This document shows positions 1 to 12,506 of a DNA stretch of 64,000 nucleotides, one piece after another. The notes under the pieces are model-generated. The model was given only the letters and a program-made list of their open reading frames with translations, was not told where the DNA came from and searched no databases. Every line of letters starts with the position of its first letter. The stretch's first letter is position 1. This stretch comes from Eledone cirrhosa (lineage: Eukaryota). A program made the translations under genes and the position numbers. The DNA is taken from positions 2,666,001 to 2,730,000 of the forward strand of contig OZ024761.1 in assembly GCA_964016885.1 (NCBI GenBank), given 5' to 3'.

Positions 1-99
1 ATGAATTAATTAATTAAATAATCAAAAATCAGAGCAATATATAAGAAATATATGTATAATATATGTATATGTATGTACATATATGTATACATATATATG

Positions 100-132
<33 letters not shown>

Positions 133-1076
133 GTATGTATACATATATATGCATATATATGTATATATATATATATATATGTATATATATGTATATATAT
201 AAATGTATATATATGTATATATATATGTATATATATGTATATATATATATATATATATACTATAAATTATGTCCATATAATCATTTGATAAGATATATAC
301 ACCATTTCCTCTCCCAATTAGCATAATCAACCACAAAAAAACAATTAAACCAGGTTATAAGATTAAAAGGCACCTATCAAGAAATAATAGATAAATAAAC
401 GACAGCCATCTATTCGCGATCAACAGCTATAGAATATTTACCCAGCATTTCAATAGCACGTGGAAATCGATTAAATATATCGTCAACCATACACAGTTAG
501 GTATAAAATTAAAGTTAGAAGGAAAAATGCATATACACATAGCAGGATTACGTTTCTACCCTTTAGGGTTTCGTTCTCTTTTCGAAATATCCCATCAAGG
601 ATAAATTCTCGAGCTTCGAACTCATCAGGAAACAAACTCACTTGGACGAAGACTTTTCTTAAATGATCCCCGCCAGAAACGAATTCAAAATGGCTAAGAA
701 CTGACGTGGCAGTGGTCAAATCAGAAAGAATGAGATTGGTGCCTTACGGCGAGTGGGCTGGTTGCTAGAAAGCGCAGCTTAATATTGCCTGAATTGGATC
801 TCAACCTTATGGGAGATTATCAAATATAAAGATTTACATATACACGAACTAGACAAAGTCATAGATATATATGTTTTTGGCAACCATTCACGATGTGGCT
901 CAATGATGAATTAATAAATTAAATAATCAGAGCAATATACTATAAAGTATGTCCATAGAATCATTTGATAAGACATATACACCATTTCCTCTCCCAATTA
1001 GCATAATCAACCACACACAAAAAAACAATTAAAGCAGGCTATCAGATTAAAAGACTATACGATTAAATGGCACCTA
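1..1076 (-). mobile_element. Non-coding Penelope pLTR-like unit with ~165-bp terminal direct repeats (1-44+259-377 vs 907-1076) and an internal hammerhead
   Basis: atgaattaat..aaataatc..agagcaatata and ctataaa.tatgtccata.aatcatttgataaga.atatacaccatttcctctcccaattagcataatcaaccac...ggcacctat occur twice; the first copy is split by a (TA)n expansion; hammerhead at 552-633. Confidence 0.55.
552..633 (-). ncRNA. Type I hammerhead ribozyme
   Basis: Minus strand: GUUUC-CUGAUGA-GUUC...GAAC-GAAA-CCCU(AA)AGGG-UA-GAAAC; stems I, II and III all pair. Confidence 0.85.
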
Positions 1077-1242
1077 TATATATATATATATATATATATA
1101 CGTATATTTATGTATATATATGTATATATATATATATATATGTATATATATGTATATATATATGTATATATATATGTATATATATGTATATATATATGTA
1201 TATATATGTATATATATGTATATACATGTATTTATATATATG

Positions 1243-1289
<47 letters not shown>

Positions 1290-1371
1290 GTATATATATA
1301 TGTGTATATATATATGTATAAATATATGTGTATATATATGTATAAATATATATGTGTATATATATGTATAT

Positions 1372-1405
<34 letters not shown>

Positions 1406-1627
1406 ATGTATATATATGTATATATATGTATATATATGTATATATATATATGTATATATGTATATATATGTATATATATGTATATATATATATGTATATA
1501 TGTATACATATGTATATATATATGTATATATATATGTATATATATGTATATATATATGTATATATATGTATATATATATATATATGAATATATATGTATA
1601 TATATGTATATATATATGTATATATAC
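1077..1627. repeat. (TA)n/(TATG) microsatellite
   Basis: Direct inspection; source of spurious YI-repeat ORFs. Confidence 0.97.
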
Positions 1628-2171
1628 ATTTAGGAATTTATAAATTTCCGGTTGGTTGGTTCCACAACCAGACGATTGTTCATATATTGTCAAAGTTCTT
1701 TCGTCACACATTCTGTGACCTCTTCAGTGACTGGGGATTCTTTTCTTTGTTTTTGTGCCTCTCCTTTGTTCTTTCCTACGCCATCTTCTTTTGTGTTTGT
1801 TGTGTGCTTAGTTTGCGCATGTGTTACATCCGGGTGTCTGTGTGTGTTTATATTTGTTTATTTATTTGTTTATTTACATGTTACTGGTTGTTTATTAGTT
1901 CTATGTGTGTGTGTGTGTTTTCATTTTGTCTTTAATTGTAAGTTGTGATGTTGCTATTCCATTCATGCTTTCTATTTAATTTTGGTTGGAGTTCATTTAT
2001 GTTTATTGCCTCTGTGATTTGTCTAAACATTGCGTCTTTTCTGGTTGTGGAACCAACCAACCAACCGGAAAATTATAAATTCGTAAATTTATAAATTTAA
2101 TTTATAATAAATTGAAGTGAAGGCAACTGGTGCGTGTGTTTCTTATTGGCAACATGACCCTCCCAAAGTAT

Positions 2172-2178
<7 letters not shown>
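1628..2178. mobile_element. Non-autonomous hammerhead-bearing element with inverted end (1628-1671 vs 2040-2088); same family as 11050-11340
   Basis: tttaggaatttataaatttccggttggttggttccacaaccaga is inverted at 2040-2088; 1645-1800 and the reverse complement of 2040-2178 both align to 11112-11330. Confidence 0.7.
1689..1731 (-). ncRNA. Minimal hammerhead ribozyme
   Basis: Minus strand: GUCA-CUGAAGA-G-GUCACA(gaaug)UGUGAC-GAAA-GAAC-UU-UGAC. Confidence 0.75.
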
Positions 2179-2225
<47 letters not shown>

Positions 2226-2417
2226 ACAGGGAGAAAGAGACGATTATGAGGAAGAAAAATATATTTTTCTCCTTTTTTGTCTCCCACTCTCTTTTTTCTG
2301 GGTTAGAAAATGATTAAAACGAAATGTTTTACTTTGTGTGAAGTGTTAAGGTATTAGTTGATTAATTTATTATTTAACAATGGCATTTATTTATCTATTT
2401 ATATATTTAATTATTGT

Positions 2418-2455
2418 CTATTACCGGTTTCTGCATTTATATGCATTATCAAATG
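2418..2455 (-). ncRNA. Degenerate hammerhead
   Basis: Minus strand: UUGAUAA (core, 2 mismatches)-UGCAU(auaa)AUGCA-GAAA-CCGG-UA. Confidence 0.45.
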
Positions 2456-2510
2456 ATAGTGAAATGTATAAGTGTGGTGTCGCACATATATATATATATA
2501 TATATATAAA

Positions 2511-2946
2511 ATATATAAGATCAAAAGATGGTTAAAAGAGTTCCATGTCACATACATGGAACTCTTTTAACCATCTTTTGATCTTATATATCACGGAACT
2601 CTTTTAACCATCTTTTGATCTTATATATCATGGAACTCTTTTAACCATCTCTTGATCTTATATATGAAATGCGCATAATAAAATACATGGAACTCTTTTA
2701 ACCATCTTTTGATCTTATATATCATGGAACTCTTTTAACCATCTCTTGATCTTATATATGAAATGCGCATAATAAAATACATGGAACTCTTTTAACCATC
2801 TTTTGATCTTATATATCACGGAACTCTTTTAACCATCTTTTGATCTTATATATCATGGAACTCTTTTAACCATCTCTTGATCTTATATATGAAATGCGCA
2901 TAATAAAATACATGGAACTCTTTTAACCATCTTTTGATCTTATATA
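2511..2946 (+). repeat. Array of a 37-bp unit (9 direct copies + 1 inverted) equal to the 3' end of a hammerhead pLTR family
   Basis: catggaactcttttaaccatcttttgatcttatatat repeated; three copies are preceded by tgaaatgcgcataataaaata; matches 54421-54478 and the reverse complement of 33405-33461. Confidence 0.9.
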
Positions 2947-3036
2947 TTATTTATACTCCAGTCCTACAAACTGTAGAGTGCTACTTATCCGATATCTGCA
3001 TTGCTTTATTGTACTACAATAAAACTCACCTCCTAC

Positions 3037-3105
<69 letters not shown>

Positions 3106-3234
3106 ATGTGTATTAAAGTGTGATCTCCAACAATATTATTACAGAATAATTTAAACACATCTTAAATTCTATCGGAAAAACATATTGTATATTTTTCTAT
3201 AGTTTCTGGTGTATATTAGCTGATACCATGCCTA

Positions 3235-3971
3235 CATATTATATACATGTTTACATACATGTAGACATAAATATAATGCATATATGCATACATTACATGT
3301 ATGTATACATATATATATCAATTACATACATACATAATTTAAATACGTACATATATTGAACCCTCCAAAACATACAAACATAGGTTACATATATACACAC
3401 ATATGTACATTCGTATATACATACATATATACACACATATGTACATGTGTACATTCGCATATGTACATTCGTATATACATACATAAATACATACATACAT
3501 GTGTGCATACATGCATAGATACATACATATATAGATACATATATATATATGTGTGCATACATACATAAATACATACATACATGCATACATACATAGCTTA
3601 CACATACACATGCGTGTATACATACATACATACATACTTGTGTGCATACATGCATAGATACATACATATATATATGTGTGCATACATACATAAATACATA
3701 CATACATGCATACATACATAGCTTACACATACACATGCGTGTATACATACATACATACATACTTGTGTGCATACATGCATAGATACATACATATATATAT
3801 ATGTGTGCATACATACATAGATACATACATATATATGTCTGCATACATACATAGATAAAACATAACCTATATACATAAATATATATATATATATGTGTGT
3901 GCATACATACATAGATACATAAGTACCTATATACATACACACACGTGTGCATACATAACCCACCATACCCT

Positions 3972-4025
<54 letters not shown>

Positions 4026-4133
4026 GTGTGCATACATACAGAATAACACTCATACATACATACAATCATACATACACTCGTCCGTACATAAATATATTCA
4101 TACTTACATCATACATACATATATATAAATACA
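3235..4133. repeat. Compound (TACA)n/(CA)n/(TA)n microsatellite with internal ~120-bp duplications
   Basis: Direct inspection. Confidence 0.9.
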
Positions 4134-4482
4134 TGATGACTGCCCCCTCGTTATCGAGTATGGCCATTGCACGATATAACATTATTAATAATTATTAATT
4201 AATTCCATCGTGCAATGCCTGTGCTGTAAGATATTTTTTCAAGTGAGGAAAGACTGTGCACTGAGCCAATCCCACTCTCTGAACGACAGTAGCTATAACC
4301 CGAAAAGAAAAAAGATCAACATCAACGGTAACTACTGAGCCACAGGTTTTATATCGGAGTTATCCCAGTTTCCTGAGTTGCTTCTCCTAGAAGAATGTCC
4401 TGACGAAGACTAGGGCTGCTTCACTCCCAGTGGTTTAACCGCGCGATCGAGTGTCCAGCCCGACTTTTTCTACCTCCCCGCG
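4134..4482 (-). mobile_element. Degenerate bipartite RTE-derived non-autonomous element
   Basis: Minus strand has the ctaggagaag..aactc RTE 5'UTR-like motif and a 3' end tggccatactcgataacgagggggcagtc resembling the end of the 4693-5266 family. Confidence 0.5.
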
Positions 4483-4692
4483 CATATATACACACATGCA
4501 CCTATACACATATACATACATATGTACATGTGTATATACATATTTACACATTTTTGGATGGTCGTTGACCCTTATGAGTTCTTCCGCCCTTTGTCATACA
4601 TACATACATACCAACACTCATATATACATACATACATACATACATACATACATACATACATACATACATACATACATACATACATACATACA

Positions 4693-5266
4693 TGGTGGCT
4701 GCCAACTCGTTTTCGAGTACGGCCACTACTTTATATCCATGTAGGAGAACGAGTGTGACTTTTTAGTCCAGCAGGCGACTTGAAAACTCTGGTACAAACA
4801 CTACACTTGTGACAATTATTGACACATAGTGCTTTGCCTTTGGTACCATGTGACGACAAGTGCAGAGAGATCTCCAGATATAAAGCAATGCCTGTGCCGT
4901 GAAGCTTTTATAGTGAGCAAAGGCACTGCACAAAGCCAGTCCCACTCTCTTAACCAAGATGATATTTACCAAAAAGAAGAACAAGTCAACATCATTGGAT
5001 ACCATCAGGGTTGCAGGTGTTATATCAGAGTTTTCCTTCTCCTAGAATTCTGCCTTGACAAAGGCTAAGGGGTCATCTCTCCCAGTGATTTTGGATGGCC
5101 ATTGACTTTTAAGAGCTCCTTTGCCCTTTGACAGGTTTTGTTTTTAGTCCTGCAGGATGTCCAAAGTCACCCTCCTCACTAAGAAACCTTGGTGGGGTTG
5201 CCAGTTTAGTCGCCAACGACCCGACCATGAGACAGGTTGTACTGGGATACATGTTACCAGTAGCAC
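4693..5266 (-). mobile_element. Bipartite RTE-derived non-autonomous retroelement (copy 1)
   Basis: Near-identical to 33594-34190 apart from a ~19-bp deletion between GAAC repeats; minus strand has CTAGGAGAAGGAAAACTCTGA (RTE/BovB-type 5'UTR motif); embedded in (TACA)n. Confidence 0.65.
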
Positions 5267-5325
5267 ATACATACATACATACATACATACATACATACAT
5301 ACATACATACATACATACATACATA

Positions 5326-6320
5326 GTAATATAGATAAGGAAAGTAGTCTATCTTGGACCAACAACCGCTATATTGGCTCCCACTTTGAAGGATACGCTT
5401 TTGCAATCCAGGAATAGGAGATTAACACGAAATACCTGATTCACAAAAGAGATAGGGATACAGGCAAAACACCTAGATGTGATAACAAGTACAGACTCTG
5501 CAGAACTAATATCGAGGATATCACCTATGTCATCAGCAGCTGTCCAAAGATGTCATCGCGGTACTATCTACCTATGAGGCATGATGTAGTGGCCAAAACA
5601 CTGTACAATGCAGTTTCTTAAAAATGATAGCCCCGATAATAAACACATTAAAAGCTACAACAATGCGGAAGACATCCATGTACATAATATGAAAGAGTAC
5701 TGGTGGAATGTTCCAGTAAAAACCCCAATAAAATGCAGGCATAAGAAACCAGATATTATGATATGGGACAGGGAGAAGAAAACATGCACAGTAGTGGAAA
5801 TTAGCTGCCCAGCAGATGCCAATATAATATCAAAGATTAGTGAAAAGGAGAATAGTTATGCAGAACTGATGAGAAATCTGCAGATACTCCACCCTGATTA
5901 CACCTTCAGATTTATGCCTGTGATTATTGGGGCACTGGGGTATGTTAGTAACTACCTCAATACAAATCTTGAGAAGCTAGGCTTCACAGGAACAGAAAGT
6001 ACACAACTAGTTAGGAAATTACAAGTACAATCCATTAATGGAACAGTAAAAATATGTAAAACATTCCAAACATTTTGCATCTAATAACTGCATATACACA
6101 TGTACAGCAACAAAGCATATACACATGCACACATACAACTCAAAACATACACATCCACACATACAATAACATCCATATCTACACATGCATGCATGCAGAC
6201 ATACATACATATCTACCTAGTTGATGTTGTGTAAATTCCAATGAGAGAGTCTTGTGTCTGTTAGAAACCGACTCTCTCTCTATTGGTAACACTTTGTGAA
6301 ATTATAAAACCAGAAGAACA
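5326..6320 (+). pseudogene. 5'-truncated R4/Dong-like RLE LINE (zinc knuckle + restriction-like endonuclease)
   Basis: Reads EGYAFAIQE*..RLCRTNIEDITYVISSC..RHDVVAK, then ORF 5608-6084 KPDIMIWDREKK.CTVVEISCP..PVIIGALG; flanked by (CATA)n. Confidence 0.85.
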
Positions 6321-6360
6321 TACACACATACATACATACATACATACATACATACATACA

Positions 6361-6392
<32 letters not shown>

Positions 6393-7603
6393 CATCTACA
6401 TACATACACACATACATAATACATACATAGATACATACATACATATACACCTACATACATATACACCTACATACATACACACGTACATACATATACACGT
6501 ACATACATACATACATACATACATACATACATACATACATACATACATACATACATACATACATACATCAATACATACATACCCACACTCATAAATACTT
6601 ATTTTCATACATAGAAACACTCATCCATGCGTATGTACATTAGATACACACACATGCACATCACACACACACACATATACATAAATACACACACTTACAC
6701 ACATACAAACAACAAATATATTTACAAGTTTTTATCACCATTCTCGTTTGTTATAGACGCCTACGTTTACATATGTTCCTCTATACGTAAACATACACAC
6801 ACACACACACACAAATACACACACTCCTACACACACGTGTGTGTGTGTAGGGGTGTATGTATTTGTGTGTTTGGGCGTCTGATTGTGTGTTTATGAACAT
6901 ATGTATGTTTACAAAAGCGTGTGTGTATATGAGTGTGTGTATGCATGCGCATATGAAGGTATTTATGTGCGTATGTATGTTTACAAAGGTTCATGTGTGT
7001 GTCTGTGTGTCTGTGTGTGTGTATAACAAAACAGGTATTTAATTATATTCTGTGTGAGGAACACGTGTATACACTATTTTTTAAAAAATCAATGATAATA
7101 ATTCCATATCTGAGTTTACAAACAACTGCTTTCCAGTATAATATTTATTGCTTTCTGCTGCTGTATTGTTAAACATGTAAAGTTTCATACAAAGAAGTAC
7201 ACACATACACATGCATACACACACATGCACTCACATATACATACATGCATTCCATTCACATACATACACGCACATAGTAACACACACACACATATATATA
7301 TATCAATATGTCATGATTATACTTTCATACGCCTACATATCTGTATGACACACACACACACACACACATACATATCTGTACATATGAAATATTCATGTTT
7401 ATATATATATATATATATATAATTAGAAAGTGAACAACACAAAATATAACTACACCATTACCAAAGGTTTCTGGATCACAGACAATATTAATATACGTCT
7501 GGATAAGAGATGTCAACATGAATGGACCTATTATTTTTATCTAAAGACATTTTTTCCAATTCCATCCCGGCCGTCCCTTCAATCTATTTTATTTCTCATT
7601 CTT

Positions 7604-7639
7604 TCTTCTGATGAAGGACTAGCGTCTGAAACGTTAAGA
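7604..7639 (+). ncRNA. Minimal hammerhead ribozyme in a pLTR island (7421-7725)
   Basis: UCUU-CUGAUGA-A-GGAC(uagc)GUCU-GAAA-CG-UU-AAGA; palindromic stem III (AACGUU). Confidence 0.75.
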
Positions 7640-7729
7640 CCTTCTTCCTGCTGTATCAAGTGTTAACCTAATATATCCCCTCCATATACTGTACCGATTG
7701 TGTTGTTATTTCTGTTTACCTTTTACACA

Positions 7730-7770
<41 letters not shown>

Positions 7771-7797
7771 ATATATATATGTCTGATGACGGATCCA

Positions 7798-10705
7798 GAC
7801 CTCTGACAAAACCAAGAAGCTGTACAAGATGGACGCGAACAAGTATAAACAATTCATCTATAAAGAGCTACACAAAGACTACAAAAAGACACCCATTAGT
7901 ACCTTAAATGACATAAATAGAGTAGGGAAGGATATAGTTACTTGCTTAGAAATAGATAAGTACACAAACCCATATGTCCCTCTGACGCCTAGATTCTCTC
8001 TTAGGGATCACAAATGTAACTTTAATGAAAGCCCCTTTATTAGACTAATATGTCCCTTTACATCTGATATAGGTAATATTAGTAAAGTGATCCTCGATAG
8101 AGTACTACTGGAGCTTAATAGAAAGGCTAAGGTCCGCCTCTGGGGCAACAACGACCAGGTCATAGATGGGTTCACCGAGTTTCCTGATAAAGCGACCCTG
8201 AAGTTCATCCAGTTTGACATAGATAGTTACTACGCCTCTATCTCCCCCATACCCTTAAATAAGGCACTCATATTAACTAAATCTAACACTAGCCTCACTA
8301 AAAAAGAAATAGACATAGTTCTAGCGGCGCGTAGAACCATTATCCAGTTTGAAGGCTACCACTGGACCAGAACCAACCGTCCTGATAACTTCGATATCAC
8401 GATGGGGTCCAGCGCCTCGGCGCAAGCAACCGAACTGGTCGGAATATACCTCCTCCATAAGCTTAGGGACGAGATACCGGCCCTACAAGGTGATGTATAT
8501 AGGGACGACGCTCTGTTTACCGTTAGGAACCATAGCCCTCGTAGACTAGAGAACCTTAACAAGCACATACACAGGTTCTTCAAGTCATACGGCCTATCCC
8601 TAACTATAGACCTCAACGACCAGGTTGTCAACTTCCTCGACGTGACCCTGGAGTTGAGTACGGGACTATACAAGCCATACCATAAGCCTGGAGAAAGCCT
8701 TTCTTATATTAATTATGCCTCCAACCACCCTAAGCAGACTCTCAACTCCATTGTCTATAGCATCTCACATAGGATCTCGAGGCTCTCCGCCAATGAGGAT
8801 ATCTTCAACCAAGCGGCAGATTACTACAATAGGGCCTTGATAAGCGCCAGTTTTAACCGAGGAATCTCCTACATCCCTAATGCTAGCTCCAGAAACCACC
8901 CCCTCATAAGATTAAATAGTAAGCCATACCTATAACCGATCATGCGGCAACTTCGAAGGAGTGGGATGTAATAGTATAGAAAATCGCACTAAGAAACACG
9001 GCCACAATGTTAATTACACTGGCGATAGTATAGGTAGTTTGCCACACAATAAAGATCACGACCCCGGTGACAGTGACCACTGTAGCCTACTTGAATTATT
9101 CCCCTACTATAAAATCAACAAACGCGACGGCCTACTACCAACGCCTTCCAACTAACATCTTCCTATACATTAACATAGCAGAAGGAAGAAGAGTGCACCC
9201 GAGCATAAAGCAAAAGGGACACGTAACGAGCTACAGCGCATTAAAATGCATAAGAACGGTCACCCTGATAGCACTACCCGTAGCAAACGTACTAAGACAC
9301 GTAATCGCCACCGTAACGTCCTATGGTTCCACCCCCCCTACTCTCGGAGTGTGGCCTCCGACATACCCCGGATAATCTTCGAAGCCTTAGAGAAGAAGTT
9401 CCCACCCATAGGTATAGGAAAATCCTGAATAGGAACAATATAAAAATATCCTTCTCTACTACTCCTAACCTAGCAGACATCATAGGGACAACAAATCCCA
9501 GTAAGATCACCAAGACACAGCACCTTAGCACAGACGCACCTACACCTGACAACAACTATATCGGCCTTAACGACTCCCTAACAGCATCCAATAGTGCTGG
9601 CAACAGCCTCTACAGACGCAACCAACATAACCGCGACATGACTGGGGTATATGCAGGTGACGCGCACGGGTCACCTGGCGGCAACGGAAGACGCTGCTGC
9701 GTGCGGATTAACAATGGTACCACCCCGCGCACAGTGGGTTATAATGGTGCTAATGACAGATGTGGGAGCGTAGGTAACAATGTAGATAGCAATAATAATA
9801 GCCTTACCGTGGGAGCTAGAAGGGACCGCGACCGAAATTGCAACAGCCGCGACAGAGGATGCTGCCCCTTAGGGGAAACTGCTTGACTGATAGGGTTATA
9901 TATAGGTGCACCGTAACTAGCCATAATAGCGTTAAACATTATATAGGGGCTACCTCTGGCCCGTTCAAAATTAGATTTCGAACACATATCCACTCTTTCG
10001 CAAATAAGAAATTAAGACTCCACTTCGCTCGCGAACTACATCACAACGTTCGCACTGGGAAATTGTCGGCAGGGCTGCACCGTACAACTTCAAGAGGAAG
10101 TGCGACCTTTGCCTCGTGGAGCTCTACCTCATCATAACGGCACCCCACGAGCTCATCAACAGCAGAGCTGAAACGACGATAAGCTGTACACAACGCTTAA
10201 AAATATCCTACTTCAGATGGAATAAGAACGAGGAGTGAAACCGTAAACCGGGTCTCCCTGCACCAAGCTGTAACACCCCGGCGGGCAGGCGCTGCAAAAA
10301 CATCCGGAAACTAACCATGCATCCCAGACCCGGCATGAATCGACCCAGACGGGCAGGCGCAGCAAATAAACTTCTCGAAACAGTCGTTCCATACCTGACC
10401 CTGTGCGTATCGGCAATGGTAAGGTAGTAACCACATGATTCTATCGGATAAAAAATTTGTCCGGAAAAGACTGCCCTAACACCGGCTAGAGTTATCTCCC
10501 TTGACCTACTTCAAAATCAAAACATGTTTTTTCCCGAAGAATGAACTCTGACGTGAACTTATCTCTAAAAACCCATTTCGGGTCATGTAAGGAACGCTTT
10601 TTAGTTATTATGCCCTTGAGAAGCCCATTCGGGCGAAACGTACGTAGGTGGTATTTTAAATAAACATGTTTTAACTGTCTGTTCTCCTGTATTTTACTTC
10701 TCCAC

Positions 10706-10706
<1 letters not shown>
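7798..10706 (+). mobile_element. Penelope-like retroelement (Naiad/Neptune-like), 5'-truncated and frameshifted
   Basis: SDKT motif, RDHK..F, FIQFDIDSYY, ITMGS, YRDD, VNFLDV, PYHKP, SNHP (ORF 7829-8935); then CNS..CCPL.GNC..VIYRC..YIGATSGPFKIRF (GIY-YIG, 9838-10020); hammerhead-like motif + AATAAA at 3' end. Confidence 0.92.
10613..10648 (+). ncRNA. Hammerhead variant (altered core) in 3' pLTR
   Basis: CC-CUUGAGA-A-GCCC(auuc)GGGC-GAAA-CGUACG-UA-GG. Confidence 0.6.
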
Positions 10707-10765
<59 letters not shown>

Positions 10766-11049
10766 CAATATATATATATGATATATACATATCTACATGA
10801 TTTATACATACACATATATGTATAATAAGATTTCCAGTGATTTCAGTTTCCTTGTTTACAGTTTGCTTTGGAGCTCAGGCATAGCATTACTTGTTATACA
10901 ACATTCCCAGCCAGAAGTCTAAGCTATGAAATTATAGTGTAATTATTGTATTGACAGATTAACATATGAAAACTTGAAGTATTCACAATTTCATCAATTG
11001 AAACACCCAGTATTCTCACACACGCCCCCCCCCCCACATATATATATAT

Positions 11050-11340
11050 ACATGCTTCGTTTTTGTATTTGTTTTGGAAGATTTCGTATCTGAAGACGTA
11101 TGTTGAAATAGATATTGTTATACTTAGGGAGGGTCATGCTGCCAATAAAAACACACGCACCTGTTGTTTTCCCTTTAATTTATTATAAACTTCCGGTTGG
11201 TTAGTTTAATAACCGGATAGTTGTTTATTTGTTTATTGTCAAAGCTCTTTCGTCACAATTCTGTAACCTCCTCGGTCTACTTTGTTGTTTTGTGTCTCTC
11301 CTTTGTTCTGTCTTACACCATCTTGTTTTGGTGAGCTGTG
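11050..11340. mobile_element. Non-autonomous element with two convergent hammerhead motifs; same family as 1628-2178
   Basis: Plus-strand hammerhead 11086-11123; minus-strand degenerate hammerhead 11238-11276 (CCGAGGA-G-GUUACA..UGUGAC-GAAA-GAGC-UU-UGAC). Confidence 0.6.
11086..11123 (+). ncRNA. Minimal hammerhead ribozyme
   Basis: GUAU-CUGAAGA-CGUAUGUU-GAAA-UAGAUAUUG-UU-AUAC; stem I perfect, stem II very short. Confidence 0.55.
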
Positions 11341-12221
11341 TCCAATATACTCTTTTGGTTGTCAACTGATTTAATATTTCTACCCCACTACTCCACGTGG
11401 TGTGAAAACATTTAACGGCCAGTGCAGGTATTAATAGGACTGGACATTATAGAGGCTAGAAAGAGCTCCGCAAAACCAGTACCAGCTCTTAGTAACAACG
11501 TCAATAGAATAACTTTAGTGAATATAATATATTTCTGTTGAAATGTTCAATTCGAACCTTGCTTTCTATTTCTAACTGTCTCTCTCTCTCTCACCACATA
11601 TCCAAACCTATAAAAAGATGTCATATATAATTTTACTTTCTGTAAGAGCATATCTAGATTTATTTATTTCTCCTGTGACGTTTCTATAAACTCCAATTTT
11701 TTAAAAATTAAAATGTTCGTTAAGTCGATTTATTCCAGAAATTTGCTGATAATTCAGTTGTCAAATTCCATTTACACGTCCATAATTAGCAATTAAAGTT
11801 GTAAGTTAAATGTTTCATTTAATACATTTTGGTGGCAAGATATTTGATTATTTTTGTAACCTGATTTACTAAACACAATGAGAAATGAATGAATAGATAG
11901 ATAGATATATAGAGAAAGATGTAGATAGATAGGTAGGTAGAGGGATATAGGCAGGTAGAGAGATAGATAGATTGGTAGATAGATAGATAGGCAGGTAGTG
12001 ATAACTGACATCACATAATGTATGTGTATTTTATGTATGATTCCGTAATTCCTGATGGAATCATAGGGGCACCATTTTGACATAAGGTATGTCTTAGGCA
12101 CTTTAAACCTGGTGGAAAAGATACCATTAAGTATTCTATCTGACGTTCTAACGACTCTGCCAATTCACACACCTTAGCATCTATTATCCATAACAGTAAA
12201 TCTTTTATTGAGAGATCACAG

Positions 12222-12460
12222 CTCCGATACTATGGTCGTGTGGTTAAAATGTCTCAAGAAAGAATCGACAGACAGATTTTACACACAAAACCAACCGGAA
12301 AGAGACCCAGAGGCAGAGCCCGAGTAAAAAGGTTGGATAAACATCCATGTGCTTGGCTAGTCACGCTTGGAGATCCAGCCAGATCAGTTGGAGATGGTTG
12401 CTTCTGACAGGACCTGTTGGGAGGAGTGTTTGAGGACTCTGCCCCATGACTCTCTCATGA
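12222..12460 (+). pseudogene. 3' fragment of an RTE-clade (Expander/Rex3-like) LINE
   Basis: YGRVVKMSQERIDRQILHTKPTGKRPRGRAR... typical RTE C-terminus, followed by (TAA)n. Confidence 0.7.
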
Positions 12461-12506
12461 ATAATAATAAAAAAAAAAAAAAATAATAATAATAATAATA
12501 ATAATA

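Noticed and set aside
6238-6287. SECIS-like hairpin in the 3' UTR of the RLE fragment
   Set aside because: A stable hairpin exists but lacks the GA-quartet partner, and there is no in-frame TGA to recode
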